64,000 nucleotides of DNA, from the NCBI RefSeq assembly GCF_001194135.2, contig NC_069004.1, forward strand, positions 9,294,890 through 9,358,889. Direction: 5' to 3'. The position numbers and the translations under genes are program-made. The notes under the pieces are model-generated. The model saw only the letters and a program-made list of their open reading frames with translations, ran no database searches and was not told the DNA's origin. Origin of the DNA: Octopus bimaculoides. Its lineage: Eukaryota. Shown one piece after another: positions 38,863 to 51,360 of the stretch. The stretch's first letter is position 1. Every line of letters starts with the position of its first letter.

Positions 38863-38972
38863 TATTATTGGGGAAGGCCAGTTTATGGGGTTCTGATGAT
38901 ACACCATAAAGTTAAACCCGTTATGGATGGGAAACCCAGAGTAACCCCATAAACCAGCCTTCCCCAATAATA
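38863..38972. mobile_element. ~110-bp hairpin MITE with 30-bp terminal inverted repeats
   Basis: TATTATTGGGGAAGGCCAGTTTATGGGGTT (38863-38892) is the reverse complement of 38943-38972 with 2 mismatches. TA at both outer ends (Tc1/mariner-type TSD). Confidence 0.7.
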
Positions 38973-40129
38973 TATATATATATACATATATATATATACA
39001 TATATATATATATACCATTGAGATAAAATACTGTCCCAACATTTGAAAAACAGTATGACACATATATAAAAATGGCATGTTTTGGGGTGGTATTTTACTA
39101 ACATACACCTGTCTTCAGTGACTTGGCCAAAGTTCATATTACACCAGATTGCTCTTTAATTTACTCTCCCAGCACTTGAACTACTTCGTATGATGCATGC
39201 AGTGCTGTCCCCACCCAAATTTCCACACAACTATGGCCATATTCAGAGCTGTATCTGTACCAGCAAAATCTTGACCCAGTATGATATTTTTGTTTTTGAA
39301 ATACGTGTTATGTGAACCAACCTACATTATGGCTGTGTGTAGTACATTCCTCACCTGGGATTGCCTTTAATAGCATTGTAGCTGAAACAATGCCATGTGT
39401 ATGTGCATGTGCATATATGTGTGTTTGTCTGTATGTGTCTGTGTCTGTCTGTGTCTGTATATATATTATATATATATATGTGGGAAGGCCAAACAAGATT
39501 TGAGCAAACACTTGCCACCCACTTAGTTCTCTTCGTGGCGGAAGGCTAACCAACAACTTGACTGGTAGGTTTCATTTGATTAAAACAAAACTATGACACA
39601 CTAGCAAAACACCAGTGACTAAATATTCAAGTTAGGATAGGTACCGTGCGTTGTATTTGTGTAGTATATCAACTCTGCTTGCTTATCACCATATAATGGA
39701 CATAAAAGAAGAACAGTAATAAACAAGTGAAGAACAAATATATAGTGAGCATGTATTTATTTGGCAAGAAAAATAAATGACCATTCTGAAATATAACAAT
39801 ATGTTTCAACATGTGATTTCCCATCAGGAATCTTGCAAAGCAATTTCATAAATCTATGTGTGTGTGTGTGTGTATACACGCATACATATTAGGTGATAGG
39901 AAGAGCATCCAGCCATAGAAAATCTGCCTCAACGAATTTCACTTGACCCATGCAAACATAGAAAGGTACATATTAAAACAATGACAATGATGTTGTATGT
40001 ATGTATGTAGGTATGTCTGCATGTGTATGTGTAATAGACAGGCACTGCTTGATTTTTAACATCTCTATTGTGTGTTGCATACTATGGTTGGCTATATCTG
40101 AAAAAGACAAAACCCTCAATGAAAATCCC

Positions 40130-40385
40130 TACAATGGAATGAAGGCATGTAACAGTATACCGACTCATAAAAGCCAGTTTGCTGGTCTCATAGCATATAT
40201 ATTCCCTACCAGGAAGGGGCGCTGGTCCATCCCAGGATTACTCATTTTTGCCAGCTGAGTGGACTGGAACAGCATGAAATGAAGTGTTTTGCTCAAGAAC
40301 ATATGTTGCCTGGTCCAGGAATCGCAACCACAATCTTACAATCATGAGTCTGACACCTTAACCACTAAGCCACGTGTTTCCACAT
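40130..40385 (-). mobile_element. Family D SINE
   Basis: Core TTTTGCCAGCTGAGTGGACTGGAACAGCATGAAATGAAGTGTTTTGCTCAAGAACA shared with 46177-46410. Confidence 0.75.
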
Positions 40386-40767
40386 GTTGCAGCATGGGTG
40401 GTAAGCTCTCTGAAAATCTTCTGGAAGAGGTGCCCATCATTGCTATATCTGTACAAAAGTGAAAAGCTAGATTCATGCCATTTTAACACAACAATCAAGT
40501 GATAGTATTGCTGGAAACTGAGCTGCAGCTATCATGTGTCTATGTTTGAATCTAAATTTAAATTTATTGCTTTTAATTTTGCCTTGAAATCCTACTGGGA
40601 TTCTTCCAGTCCCCAGTCCTTATTCTTACAATATTCAATTTTGTTTGTTAGGAAAAAGAACCTCAAAAATTTTAAGCCCTGTATTCATCTTTAATGAATC
40701 CTGTATTCCTTTCTGCTTCCACACAATCTGCTGTTTTATTTAAATTCTTTCTCTGTTGTTTCCACAG

Positions 40768-41198
40768 ATTTTCTAAGGACAGACGATGTTTTTATCCTTC
40801 GGTTTCTTCGAGCAAGAAAGTTTGATGTCGTTGAGGCATTTAGATTATATGGACGTTATTTTGAATATCGGCAAGAAAACAGTAACCTCTTCCGAAAATT
40901 CCAGGCTGCTGAGCCAAGCATTAAAGAAGCCCTATTTGATGGTTTACCTGGAGTACTACCACATTACGATCATTTTGGTCGGAAAATCTTGGTGCTCTAT
41001 TCTGCAAACTGGGACAATACTCGATATGGACTGGCTGCTATTTATCGGGCAATTCTGCTGACTTTGGAAAAACTCATTGACGATGAAGAGACTCAGATAA
41101 ACGGTTTTATTATCATTGTGGACTGGAGTCAATTTACATTTAAACAATCAACTTGGCTTAATCCCAAAATTCTCAAACTGATGATTGAAGGATTACAA
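40768..41198 (+). CDS. CLVS1/2-like: Clavesin-like protein, second coding exon (CRAL-TRIO N domain and start of the Sec14 lipid-binding domain: [19 protein letters not shown]...[14 protein letters not shown]...LMIEGLQ)
   Basis: Polypyrimidine tract plus CAG acceptor ending 40767. 431 nt open in the frame set by exon 1. Donor CAA|GTAAGT at 41199. [18 protein letters not shown], DGxPGVL and QINGF motifs match clavesins. Confidence 0.96.
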
Positions 41199-41580
41199 GT
41201 AAGTTTTCTTCTTCTTCTTCCACCTCATTTTTGTTGTTCTCTTCTCTATTCTACCTTGTTGTTGTCCTATCTTTTTCTTTTTCTTCCATTCCTCCTCCCT
41301 CTATCTTCTTTTTCTTCTTCTCCTCCTCCTCCTCCTCCTCCTTCCTCTCCTCCTCCTCCATCTTCCTCCTCTTCTTTGTCTCCTCCTCCTCTTCCTCAGC
41401 CTCCTTCTTCTTCTTCTCCTCCTCCTCCTTCGTCTTCTTTTATTACTATTCTATTCACATCCAAGATGCATTATAGAAATGCTAGTGATGATTCTCTGCG
41501 TTGCCTTGGCATTAGTTAAACGTAAATGACTTAACATATAAGTTGTTATGTCATTTTATTTCCCGTACATTTTCTTTTCG

Positions 41581-41860
41581 TGGAGGTGCATAGCCGTGTG
41601 GTCAAGATGTGGCACTCACGACTGCTAGATCTTGAGTTTGATTCCTGAACTAGGCAACATGTTTGTGTTCTTGAGCGAAACACCATATTTCACATTGCTT
41701 CAGTCCACTCAGCCGCAAATGTGTAACCCTTTGACAGAACAAGCTTTCCAACCATGGGGGAATGTTGGCCTGGTCACTTACCCAGCAGAGTGGCATCACT
41801 CAGAAGCTAAAACAATATAAAATGCATTGTGACCAGCGATGGGTAACAACATCCAATAGT
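41581..41860 (+). mobile_element. Family D SINE with an alternative tail (second copy 50015-50300)
   Basis: GTGTTCTTGAGCGAAACACCATATTTCACATTGCTTCAGTCCACTCAGC, then a tail ending AACATCCAATAGTCTGGT, also seen at 50280-50300. Confidence 0.7.
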
Positions 41861-42365
41861 CTGGTTGATTCTGTGATATTTTCTTTTTAATAGAAATGTA
41901 TTTCTAAAGGTGAATTATTTTCAGGCTTCTACGATGTGAGAACATTTTTGAGAATGTATTCATTGTTCATTTTAAGTTTGTGACATAAAATAACTACCTT
42001 TATTTTTTTTTCTTACCTTCCTACATATATTCTTGTAATTCTAAACTTACATGCAATTTAGACTCTCTTTCAGTGTATTTCCAATTCTTTCATGATGTCA
42101 TTTTTAAAGTCAGATTTATTGTCTTACACTACCTTCTTTATTTCCTCCTCACAAATATATTCTCCCTTGATGTGCAACACTTAGAGTATTATCACAGCAA
42201 TTAAGCTGTCGTATTTTTTATTGTACCATCTTTCTTTCTTTCTGTCTATCTTTAAAATCCTCCGCTTCCTCTGTTGTACATCATTCTATGTCTCTCAATT
42301 TCCCATCTCCTTTCTCTATCTCTTTCTTTCTCTCTTTCTCTCACTCCAGCAACTGTGCTTTCACT

Positions 42366-42592
42366 GACTTTAGCATTTAAACCAGCCAAATATCTGGCCC
42401 AAATATTCTTACTGTTTTGTGTTCAGACTGGCCAGATCCAGCCTCTCACACCTACCCAACATTTGTCGTTCTAATTGTAAACAGTCACATCATTGAAATC
42501 TAAAAGCTACCAGATAATACTTGAGTAATTCAAAATAATGGGAGTATATAAGGATTACTTTTGATAGAATGATATGAATGTTAAAGGGTTAA
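42366..42592. mobile_element. piggyBac-like MITE, left end eroded
   Basis: Right end AATGTTAAAGGG followed by TTAA. Left CTTTAGCATT matches the reverse complement of the right end with 1 mismatch. Confidence 0.45.
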
Positions 42593-42764
42593 TTTTCATT
42601 TTAATCAAGAGTTATATTTATTTAAATAATGAAATGTTAGCGCTAAGCAGTGTTTAGGCATATGCAGAATTTAGGTTACTTGAAATATTTTGTGCCGTAT
42701 TTCAACTGCTAAAAGACAAATACACTGCAGTTACCGTGGAGAATATATCTTTCTTGTGGTGCTA

Positions 42765-42990
42765 ACGTTTCTTATTTCTTTATTGCCCACAAGGGACTAA
42801 ACAAGGACAGACAAAGGGATTAAGTCGATTAGATCGACCCCAGTGCGTAACTGGTACTTATTTAATCGACCCCCGAAAGGATGAAAGGCAAAATCGACCT
42901 CGGCGGAATTTGAACTCAGAACGTAGCGGCAGATGAAATACCGCTAAGTATTTCGCCCGATGTGCTAACGTTTCTGCCAGCTCGCCGCCT
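42765..42990 (-). mobile_element. Full-length family B SINE
   Basis: Near-identical reverse complement of 58919-59149. Confidence 0.9.
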
Positions 42991-43142
42991 TCTTTCAGTT
43001 TCTATCTACCAAATCCACTCACAAGGCTTTGGACGGCCCAAGACTATAAAAGACACTTGCCCAAGGTGCTACACAATGGGTCAGATCTGGAAACCATGTA
43101 GTTGGGGAAGCAAGCTTCTTACCACACAGCCATGCCTGCGCC
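42991..43142 (-). mobile_element. Family A SINE head directly joined to a family B SINE
   Basis: Reverse of GGCGCAGGCATGGCTGTGTGGTAAG...GATAGAAACTGAAAGAA, continuous with GGCGGCGAGCTGGC of family B. Confidence 0.8.
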
Positions 43143-46100
43143 TACATAATGTATGTGTGTGTATGTATCGTCTGTAGGTATGTGCTAGTGAGTGTGTTTA
43201 GTACAGAGTGGAATGCAAAGGGAGAGATAATTAGAATATGATTTTTCAAAAAAAAACCATATCTAATTATTCTGTTCATTATATGTATATTCCTCCTCCT
43301 CCTCCTCCACCTTCGTAGCAACCAACCTAATCCCTCTCCTCTTGTCTTATTATTCAACTCAGATTCTCTTATTTTCTCGGGGAAATAGATTCTTCTAATT
43401 AAATCAACTTAATCAGATTTTTTTTTAAAAAAAAGATAAATATTCTATAATTTCATTTTTTTTTTTTTCCTCATTTTCTTTTTTTTTATATATATTTGCT
43501 TTTGTAAGAGAAATTAAATTTGAAAAATTAGACATTTTAAACATTTTTAGCTTTCTGTAGTATGTGTGCTTGTGCATATCTGTACATNNNNNNNNNNGTA
43601 GTATGTGTGCTTGTGCATATCTGTACATACATGTATGTATGTACAATACACACACACATATATATACATACACACACACATATATATATACACAAACACA
43701 CATATATATATGTATATATATATATATACACACACACACACATATATATACACACCCACACATATATACATGTGTGTTTGTATATCTATTTTTATGCATG
43801 TACATGTGTGTATGTATATATATATATATATATATATCTTTACATGTAAAAATATACATATATATAAACATACATATAGGTGTTTATACGTACATATACA
43901 GACACACACAAACGTGCCTATACACATGTGCATGCTTGCATAGGCGCACACAGACATGTATATGTGTGTGTGTGCATATATATATATATGTATATATATG
44001 GTATGTGTGTATTTATCCATATAAATGAGCAAAATCAATCTGGAACATACGGCTGAATACATATTTGATAGTATGTTGTGTATATATGTTTCTGTATATA
44101 TAAGTTTCTGTATATATATATATATATATAAGTTGTGTATATATAAGTTTCCGTATGTCACTACCACCATCACGACTATCTACTCTTGTATTGAATATAA
44201 AGGTTTTTTTTTCTTATAGCTTAATTACTTTTTCATCAATTTTATTTATATATATCTACCTACCTGTCTTTATAATTACTTCATGTGCTCTCTACCTATC
44301 TGTTTATATATATATATACCAATCTGCTTGTCTATCTGTATATCTAACTGTGTGTTTTGCCCATCTGTTTGTTTGCTTGTCTCCCTACATACCTATCTAT
44401 CTACCCACATAGCTTCCTATCCATCCATCCATCCATCCATCTGCCTATCTGCCTGTATCTGTCTACTACCTGTCTATCTATCTATCTATCTATCTATCCA
44501 TCCATACGCCTGCCTTCCTGTGTCTGTCTTCTGTCTGTCTGTCTATCTATCTATCTATTCTATCGCTGTTGATTCTGTCATTTTATTTTTCTATTTATTT
44601 ACAAGTGAAATATTAAAATGTTATATCTGTGACTCATATTTCTCTCTCTCTCTCTCTTTATGTGTGTGTATGCTTGTGTGTGTGTGCGCGTGCACGCATA
44701 TTTATGAAATATAAATCAAACATTTCTTTTTCATTTGTCCTATAACAAGATACTATTTTTCATATAACTACATATATACACACACATACACATATATAGT
44801 CGAAACCTATCAAATTTAAGTTATATATATATATATATATATATACACTCACACACATGCATGCACATATATATATAACCTTTGTTTTTATATCATAACT
44901 AGCCCAATTTTTTCGCATGTATCACTTTCTCCCCTAACACTCACAGTCTGAATTCTTACTTATACTTACGTTTTTGTACCTTGAGGGTACGCTCTGGCAC
45001 CCTTTCATCACCATCTTTAATTTCCCTTCTAGCTACTCTTGCCCACCCTCACATAATGCAGAGTGGGCCATGTATCTCCTCTATAGCGAGACACTTCTGC
45101 TTGCCCCTCTATCGCACTTTAGCCTTCAACACCTGGCATAAAACCATCTCCCCACTTTCTCAATCACAAAGCTTTTCCCTCTTTCTTTCTTTGCTTTGTT
45201 TTGCAACTTAGTTAACAACCTCACTAGAGCTGATGTCACAAAACAAAAAACAAAAAAACAAAAAAAAAACACAGCAGACACTGTACAATGGTTGGCAGCA
45301 GGAAGGGCATCCAGCCATGCAAACCATTCCAAAGCTGACATTGAACTCAACGCAGCTCTGCAGCTCATTGAACCCTGTCGAGCCATTCAGCCGATACCGA
45401 CGTGGAAAACAGATTTCTAGTGACAATGAATACAATGATGATGATGATGGTGGTGGTGGTGATGCAAATGATGCGAATGATGATGTGAATGATGATGATG
45501 ATGAACTATAAATATGGCATATTGAAACAGGGGAATTGAAGTTTTAAAACATTAAATTCTTTAATTAAACTTTTGGTGTTTATATTAGAAATCAATATTC
45601 CAGCTGTCTTTCAGATAATTGGATAAGATGGTCTTATTCCTTAATCATAGGAAGCAATCATCATCATCGCCACCAGCATCGCCGTCCTTACCACAAGTAT
45701 CATCATCATCATCGTTTTCCTCCTCCTCTTTCTCCTCCTCCCCATCCTCCCTATTATCATTATCATTGTCATCTTCATCACCAGTCGCAGTATCTTTTAT
45801 CACCATCACCACCAGTATCATCATCACACCCATTACAACCACCACCACCTCCAACTCAGCCTCCAGCAGCAGCTGCAGCAGTGGTACCGTCATCACCACC
45901 ATACCCTCTATCATCATCATCACCATCCCCACCACTGCCACCACTACCTTCATCTCCACCTCCACCCACCAATACTGTCAGTCATGAAACTAAAAAGAAT
46001 ACTATTCAACAGAGTACTCAATACATAACTGCTAAATTGCAGAGTCTAAATATTTTAGCTTGAGCATTTTCTCTCTATCTCTCTCTCTCTCTTTTCTTTC

Positions 46101-46176
46101 TTTCTTTCTTAGCAGTTCAGCATAAGAAACCAACAGAATGCAAGGTAAAAGAAGATATATTATATATAAAAAATAA

Positions 46177-46410
46177 ATGTGCGCTTTCAAAGCCTAGCCA
46201 GGCTCATGGACCCGGTTTCCTGGTTTCAATGGCATATGTGTTCCCCAGCTGAACGGGACGTCAGTCCATTGCAGCGTTAGTTATTTTTGCCAGCTGAGTG
46301 GACTGGAGCAATGAGAAATAAAGTGTTTTGCTCAAGAACACAACGCATCGCCCGGTCCAGGAATTGAAACCACAATCTTACAATCATGGTGCTGACACGT
46401 GCCTCCACGA
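46177..46410 (-). mobile_element. Family D SINE
   Basis: Same core as 40130-40385. Confidence 0.75.
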
Positions 46411-46611
46411 TATATTATATGGGATATATAAAATATACTATACAAGATATATATAAGCTATATTATATAGAGTATATTATGTGGCCGTGTGGTTAAGAAG
46501 CTTGCTTCCTATGCATATAGTTTCAAGTTCAATCCTAGTGTATATCTATGTTAGTACTTGGACCTTTGGGCCAACATTGTGAGTGGATTTGATAGATAGA
46601 AACTAAAATAA

Positions 46612-46848
46612 GGCGGCAAGCTAGCAGAAACATTAGCAAGCCAGGCAAAGTGCTTAGCGGTGTTTCGTCTGCCATTATGTTCTGAGTTCAAATTCCGCCG
46701 AGATCGACTTTGCCTTTCATCCTTTCGAGGTCGATAAATTAAGTAGCAGTTACGCACTGGGGTCGATGTAATCGACTTAATCCCTTTGTCTGTCCTTGTT
46801 TGTCCCCTCTATGTTTAGCCCCTTGTGGGCAATAAAGAAATAAGAAAC
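46612..46848 (+). mobile_element. Full-length family B SINE following a diverged family A head (46480-46611)
   Basis: GGCGGCAAGCTAGCAG ... GTGGGCAATAAAGAAATAAGAAAC. Confidence 0.9.
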
Positions 46849-47119
46849 TAATCAAAGCCTGTATGTGAAGGTGTATGGTTTGTGGTTAGAGTGTCGGAGC
46901 TGACAATCATAAAGTAGTGAGTTTGATTCCCAGACCGGGCCGTGTGTTGTGTTCTTCAGCGAGACACTTTATTTCACGTTGTTCCAGTTCACTAAGCTGT
47001 AGATATGAGTCGTGACATCACTGGTGCCAAGCTGTACTGGCCTTTGCCTTTCCCTTGGATAACGGTGGTGGTGTGGTGTGCATGGGTGATTGCTGGCCTT
47101 CTATAAACAACCTTGCCTG

Positions 47120-47413
47120 GACTTGCACCTTGGGCAAGTGTCTTCTACTATAGCTTCGGGCCAACCAAATCCCTGTGAGTGGATTTGGTAGACGGAAACC
47201 GGAAGAAGACTGTCATATATACGTGTGTATGTATGTGTTTTGTGTTCGTGTGTTCATGTCCCTGTAACTTACCAGTTTGGCAAAAGAAACCAATAAAATA
47301 AGAAATACCAGGCTTTAAAAAAATAATTAGTGGTGTCGATTCATTCTACATTCAATGCATCAAGGCAATGCCCCAGCATGGTCGCAATCTAATGACTGAA
47401 ACAAGTAAAAGAA

Positions 47414-47452
<39 letters not shown>

Positions 47453-47574
47453 GTATGTGCGTGTTTATGTTTGTCCCCCCAGCATCACTTGACAACTGAT
47501 GGTGGTGTATTTACGTCCCCGTAACTTAGCGGTTCGGCAAAAGAGAACGATAGAATAAGTACTAGGCTTCCAAA
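47120..47574 (+). mobile_element. Family A SINE plus a second partial tail copy
   Basis: CACCTTGGGCAAGTGTCTTCTACTATAGC ... GACTGAAACAAGTAAAAGA, then a repeat of the tail segment running into the gap. Confidence 0.75.
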
Positions 47575-48783
47575 NNNNNNNNNNNNNNNNNNNNNNNNNN
47601 NNNNNNNNNNNNNNNNNNNNNNNNNNNNNNNNNNNNNNNNNNNNNNNNNNNNNNNNNNNNNNNNNNNNNNNNNNNNNNNNNNNNNNNNNNNNNNNNNNNN
47701 NNNNNNNNNNNNNNNNNNNNNNNNNNNNNNNNNNNNNNNNNNNNNNNNNNNNNNNNNNNNNNNNNNNNNNNNNNNNNNNNNNNNNNNNNNNNNNNNNNNN
47801 NNNNNNNNNNNNNNNNNNNNNNNNNNNNNNNNNNNNNNNNNNNNNNNNNNNNNNNNNNNNNNNNNNNNNNNNNNNNNNNNNNNNNNNNNNNNNNNNNNNN
47901 NNNNNNNNNNNNNNNNNNNNNNNNNNNNNNNNNNNNNNNNNNNNNNNNNNNNNNNNNNNNNNNNNNNNNNNNNNNNNNNNNNNNNNNNNNNNNNNNNNNN
48001 NNNNNNNNNNNNNNNNNNNNNNNNNNNNNNNNNNNNNNNNNNNNNNNNNNNNNNNNNNNNNNNNNNNNNNNNNNNNNNNNNNNNNNNNNNNNNNNNNNNN
48101 NNNNNNNNNNNNNNNNNNNNNNNNNNNNNNNNNNNNNNNNNNNNNNNNNNNNNNNNNNNNNNNNNNNNNNNNNNNNNNNNNNNNNNNNNNNNNNNNNNNN
48201 NNNNNNNNNNNNNNNNNNNNNNNNNNNNNNNNNNNNNNNNNNNNNNNNNNNNNNNNNNNNNNNNNNNNNNNNNNNNNNNNNNNNNNNNNNNNNNNNNNNN
48301 NNNNNNNNNNNNNNNNNNNNNNNNNNNNNNNNNNNNNNNNNNNNNNNNNNNNNNNNNNNNNNNNNNNNNNNNNNNNNNNNNNNNNNNNNNNNNNNNNNNN
48401 NNNNNNNNNNNNNNNNNNNNNNNNNNNNNNNNNNNNNNNNNNNNNNNNNNNNNNNNNNNNNNNNNNNNNNNNNNNNNNNNTGTGTGTGTGTGTGTGTGTG
48501 TGCATGTGCACACGTGTTTATCCATGTATGCCCGTGTGTGTGTGTGTGTGTGTTGATGGAAATATAATTCCTTCTATAAAATGATGAAACCAATTCCAAA
48601 GACATTCTTCCCACACTAAATGTCTACGAAGAGACAGTTGCTATGGTAACAACTGTTTAATTTTTTTTTAGTTTTGTTTTGGTTTTTCTCTGGTTTTTAT
48701 TTTTTCTTTTTCTTCTGCTTAATAGGTCTCATATAGATTGATGTAATTGTCGTAGTCATTGGTGGTCTGTGCAGTCTGCAGTT

Positions 48784-48852
48784 GGTCAGTTTGGTCTGGT
48801 GGCCAGTATTGGTCAGTTTGGCCTGGTAGCTAGCATTGGTCAGTTTGGGCTG
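48784..48852. repeat. 27-bp tandem repeat, ~2.5 copies
   Basis: GGTCAGTTTGGTCTGGTGGCCAGTATT / GGTCAGTTTGGCCTGGTAGCTAGCATT / GGTCAGTTTGGGCTG. Confidence 0.8.
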
Positions 48853-49361
48853 ATGCCCTGGTGTTGGTTAGTCTGGTCTGGTCTGATCTGGTGCTGGTCA
48901 GTTTGGTGTGGTGGTGGCCAGTGTGATCCAATATATCTGCTGTTGGTCAATATGACTGATGAGTGACGTTAATCAGTTAATCAGTCTGGTATTGGTTGCT
49001 GTTTCACATAAATTACATAGAATTTAGTAAAAAAAAAAAAAATACTGACAATTGTTGCACTTTTTTTTTTATTAATCCTTTAATCCAACTATGTAAATCA
49101 AATAAAATTATAAAATCAGACATTTTTGTAGACATTCAGGCATTAATATGGTTTTTCTAAAGCTATCAGTTATAGTTTTCAAAGTCAGCAATGCACCTAA
49201 ATACTGCTTGCAGTGCACCAGTGTTCTGTGGTGCAGCATTTGAGAACTAATTGAGTTAACTGTTGAAGAAAAATATAAATAAAAACACTTGTGGCTGTGT
49301 GGTAAATAGCTTGCTTACCAACCACATGGTTTTCCGGGTTCAGTCCGGAAGTGTGTATATG

Positions 49362-49394
<33 letters not shown>

Positions 49395-49785
49395 AGATAG
49401 TTGAATACTTGTGTATCACCTTATAGTTTCATTGGAACTTCAAAAATGAAGTTCTTGATATAATTTCTTATTTTCTTGTCATTTTAATTTCTTATATATA
49501 TATATATATATATANNNNNNNNNNNNNNNNNNNNNNNNNNNNNNNNNNNNNNNNNNNNNNNNNNNNNNNNNNNNNNNNNNNNNNNNNNNNNNNNNNNNNN
49601 NNNNNNNNNNNNNNNNNNNNNNNNNNNNNNNNNNNNNNNNNNNNNNNNNNNNNNNNNNNNNNNNNNNNNNNNNNNNNNNNNNNNNNNNNNNNNNNNNNNN
49701 NNNNNNNNNNNNNNNNNNNNNNNNNNNNNNNNNNNNNNNNNNNNNNNNNNNNNNNNNNNNNNNNNNNNNNNNNNNNNNNNNNNNT

Positions 49786-49930
49786 TCTTCCTCCGTCTTC
49801 CCTTCTTTGGACTTTCCTATGTTTCCGACGAAGAGCTCCGCTCGAAACGTCAAATTCTCTTTCTTTCCTTTCCCAAGCGTCCAGTAACACAATATCTGTA
49901 TCACGTCCTCGTGTTGTTGTGTTTTGTTGT
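49786..49930 (+). mobile_element. Penelope-like terminal-repeat-type element with HHR-like motif, copy 2
   Basis: Core CCGACGA-A-GAGC-TCC-GCTC-GAAA-CGTC at 49825-49851. Homologous to 18123-18330. Its 5' side abuts an N gap. Confidence 0.55.
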
Positions 49931-49973
49931 TTTTTTTGTCGTTTTTCTTTTTTGAACCTATATATATATATAC

Positions 49974-50012
<39 letters not shown>

Positions 50013-50619
50013 GACATGTGGCCTAGTGATTAGGCATGTTGCACACATGGTCATGAGATTATGGTTTTGATTCACCAAACCTGCATGTTTGGGAATCAAA
50101 CAGCTGCATGTTGTGTTCTCGAGAAAAACACTTCATTTCACATTGATCCAGTTCATTCAGCTGTAAGTGTGTAACCTTGCAACAGACAAACCTTCTAGTC
50201 AGGGAGAATGTTGGCCTGCTTGCTCAGCCAGTGGGGTGGCATGATGCAAAAGCTAAAATGATGCAAAGCACATTTTGACCAGAACATCCAATAGTCTGGT
50301 TGAGCACATAATATATATGGATGTATGTATGTTTGCATGTATATGGTGAGCTTATTTCTGTTTCTCTCTACTTGATCTACTAATACAGTTTCGGTTGGCT
50401 CAGACAGCTGTAGTAGAAGACACTTGCCCAAGGTACCATGCTGTGGGACTGAACCCAGGACTGTGGAATTGGGAAACGAACACCTTAACCACACTATCAC
50501 TGACTCTCCAATTCAATGAAAAAGAAGCACAATTGATCAAACAACCAAATAACCAATGATAAAACTGACCGAGATTCCTCCAAGATCTTAGTTTACTGGT
50601 GTTTTATCAAACTGAGAAA

Positions 50620-51000
50620 TATTGGTTGGAAATTTTTGTATAAGGTCAGCAGATTCGGAGAAGGGGCTTTTATTGACCCTGAATGGATGAAAGGCACAGT
50701 CAACCTTGGCGGCATTTGAACTCAAAACGTAAATGGACAAAATGGTGCTGAGCATTTTGCTCAGTGTGCTAAGGATTCTGCAAGCTCATCACTGTCAAGC
50801 TGAGAAATATTTATTTCTTTATTGCCCACAGGGGGACTAAACATAAAGGGAATAAACAAGGACAAACAAAGGGATTAAGTCGATTACTTTGACCCAAATG
50901 TGTAACTGGTACTTATTTAATAAACCCTGAAAGGATGAAAAGTAAAGTCGACCTCGGTGGAATTTGGACTCTGAACGTAACAGCAGAGAAATATTAAAAA
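50620..51000 (-). mobile_element. Two adjacent family B SINE copies, diverged
   Basis: Reverse-strand central-domain matches at ~50680-50790 and ~50810-50990. Confidence 0.7.
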
Positions 51001-51264
51001 AAAAAAAGACAGTGCCAACCAAACTTCAACAGGTTTTGAACTCAGAATGTAAAACTTCATAGCTAAATATATCACAAGACAGTCAGTGTAACACTTTAGC
51101 ATCTCTGCTGCCATTCCATTTGTTTTGATAAATCTAAAGAAAATATCACAGCAAAAAAAAAAGGAGCAGAAACAAAAAAAACCCCCAAAACAATGAAGAT
51201 TGGTAGCAGTGGGAAAGGGAAAAAACTGATGAGGAGGAAGAGGGTGATGAGGATGGGCAGAAAG

Positions 51265-51360
51265 GGTGGTGGAGAAGGGGTTGGTGGTGGAGAAGGGGTT
51301 GGTGGTGGAGAGGGGGTTGGTGGTGGAGAGGGGGTTGGTGGTGGAGAGGGGGTTGGTGGT
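51265..51360. repeat. 18-bp minisatellite (GGTGGTGGAGARGGGGTT) x5
   Basis: Five near-perfect units read directly. Confidence 0.9.

Noticed and set aside
41199-41519. C-terminal extension of track ORF 40989-41519 (VSFLLLLPP...)
   Set aside because: Read-through into intron 2 past the GTAAGT donor into a (CTT/CCT)n tract.
43558-43629. Direct repeat GTAGTATGTGTGCTTGTGCATATCTGTACAT on both sides of a 10-N gap
   Set aside because: Typical unmerged contig overlap, an assembly artefact. The duplication around the 4869-4878 gap may be similar.
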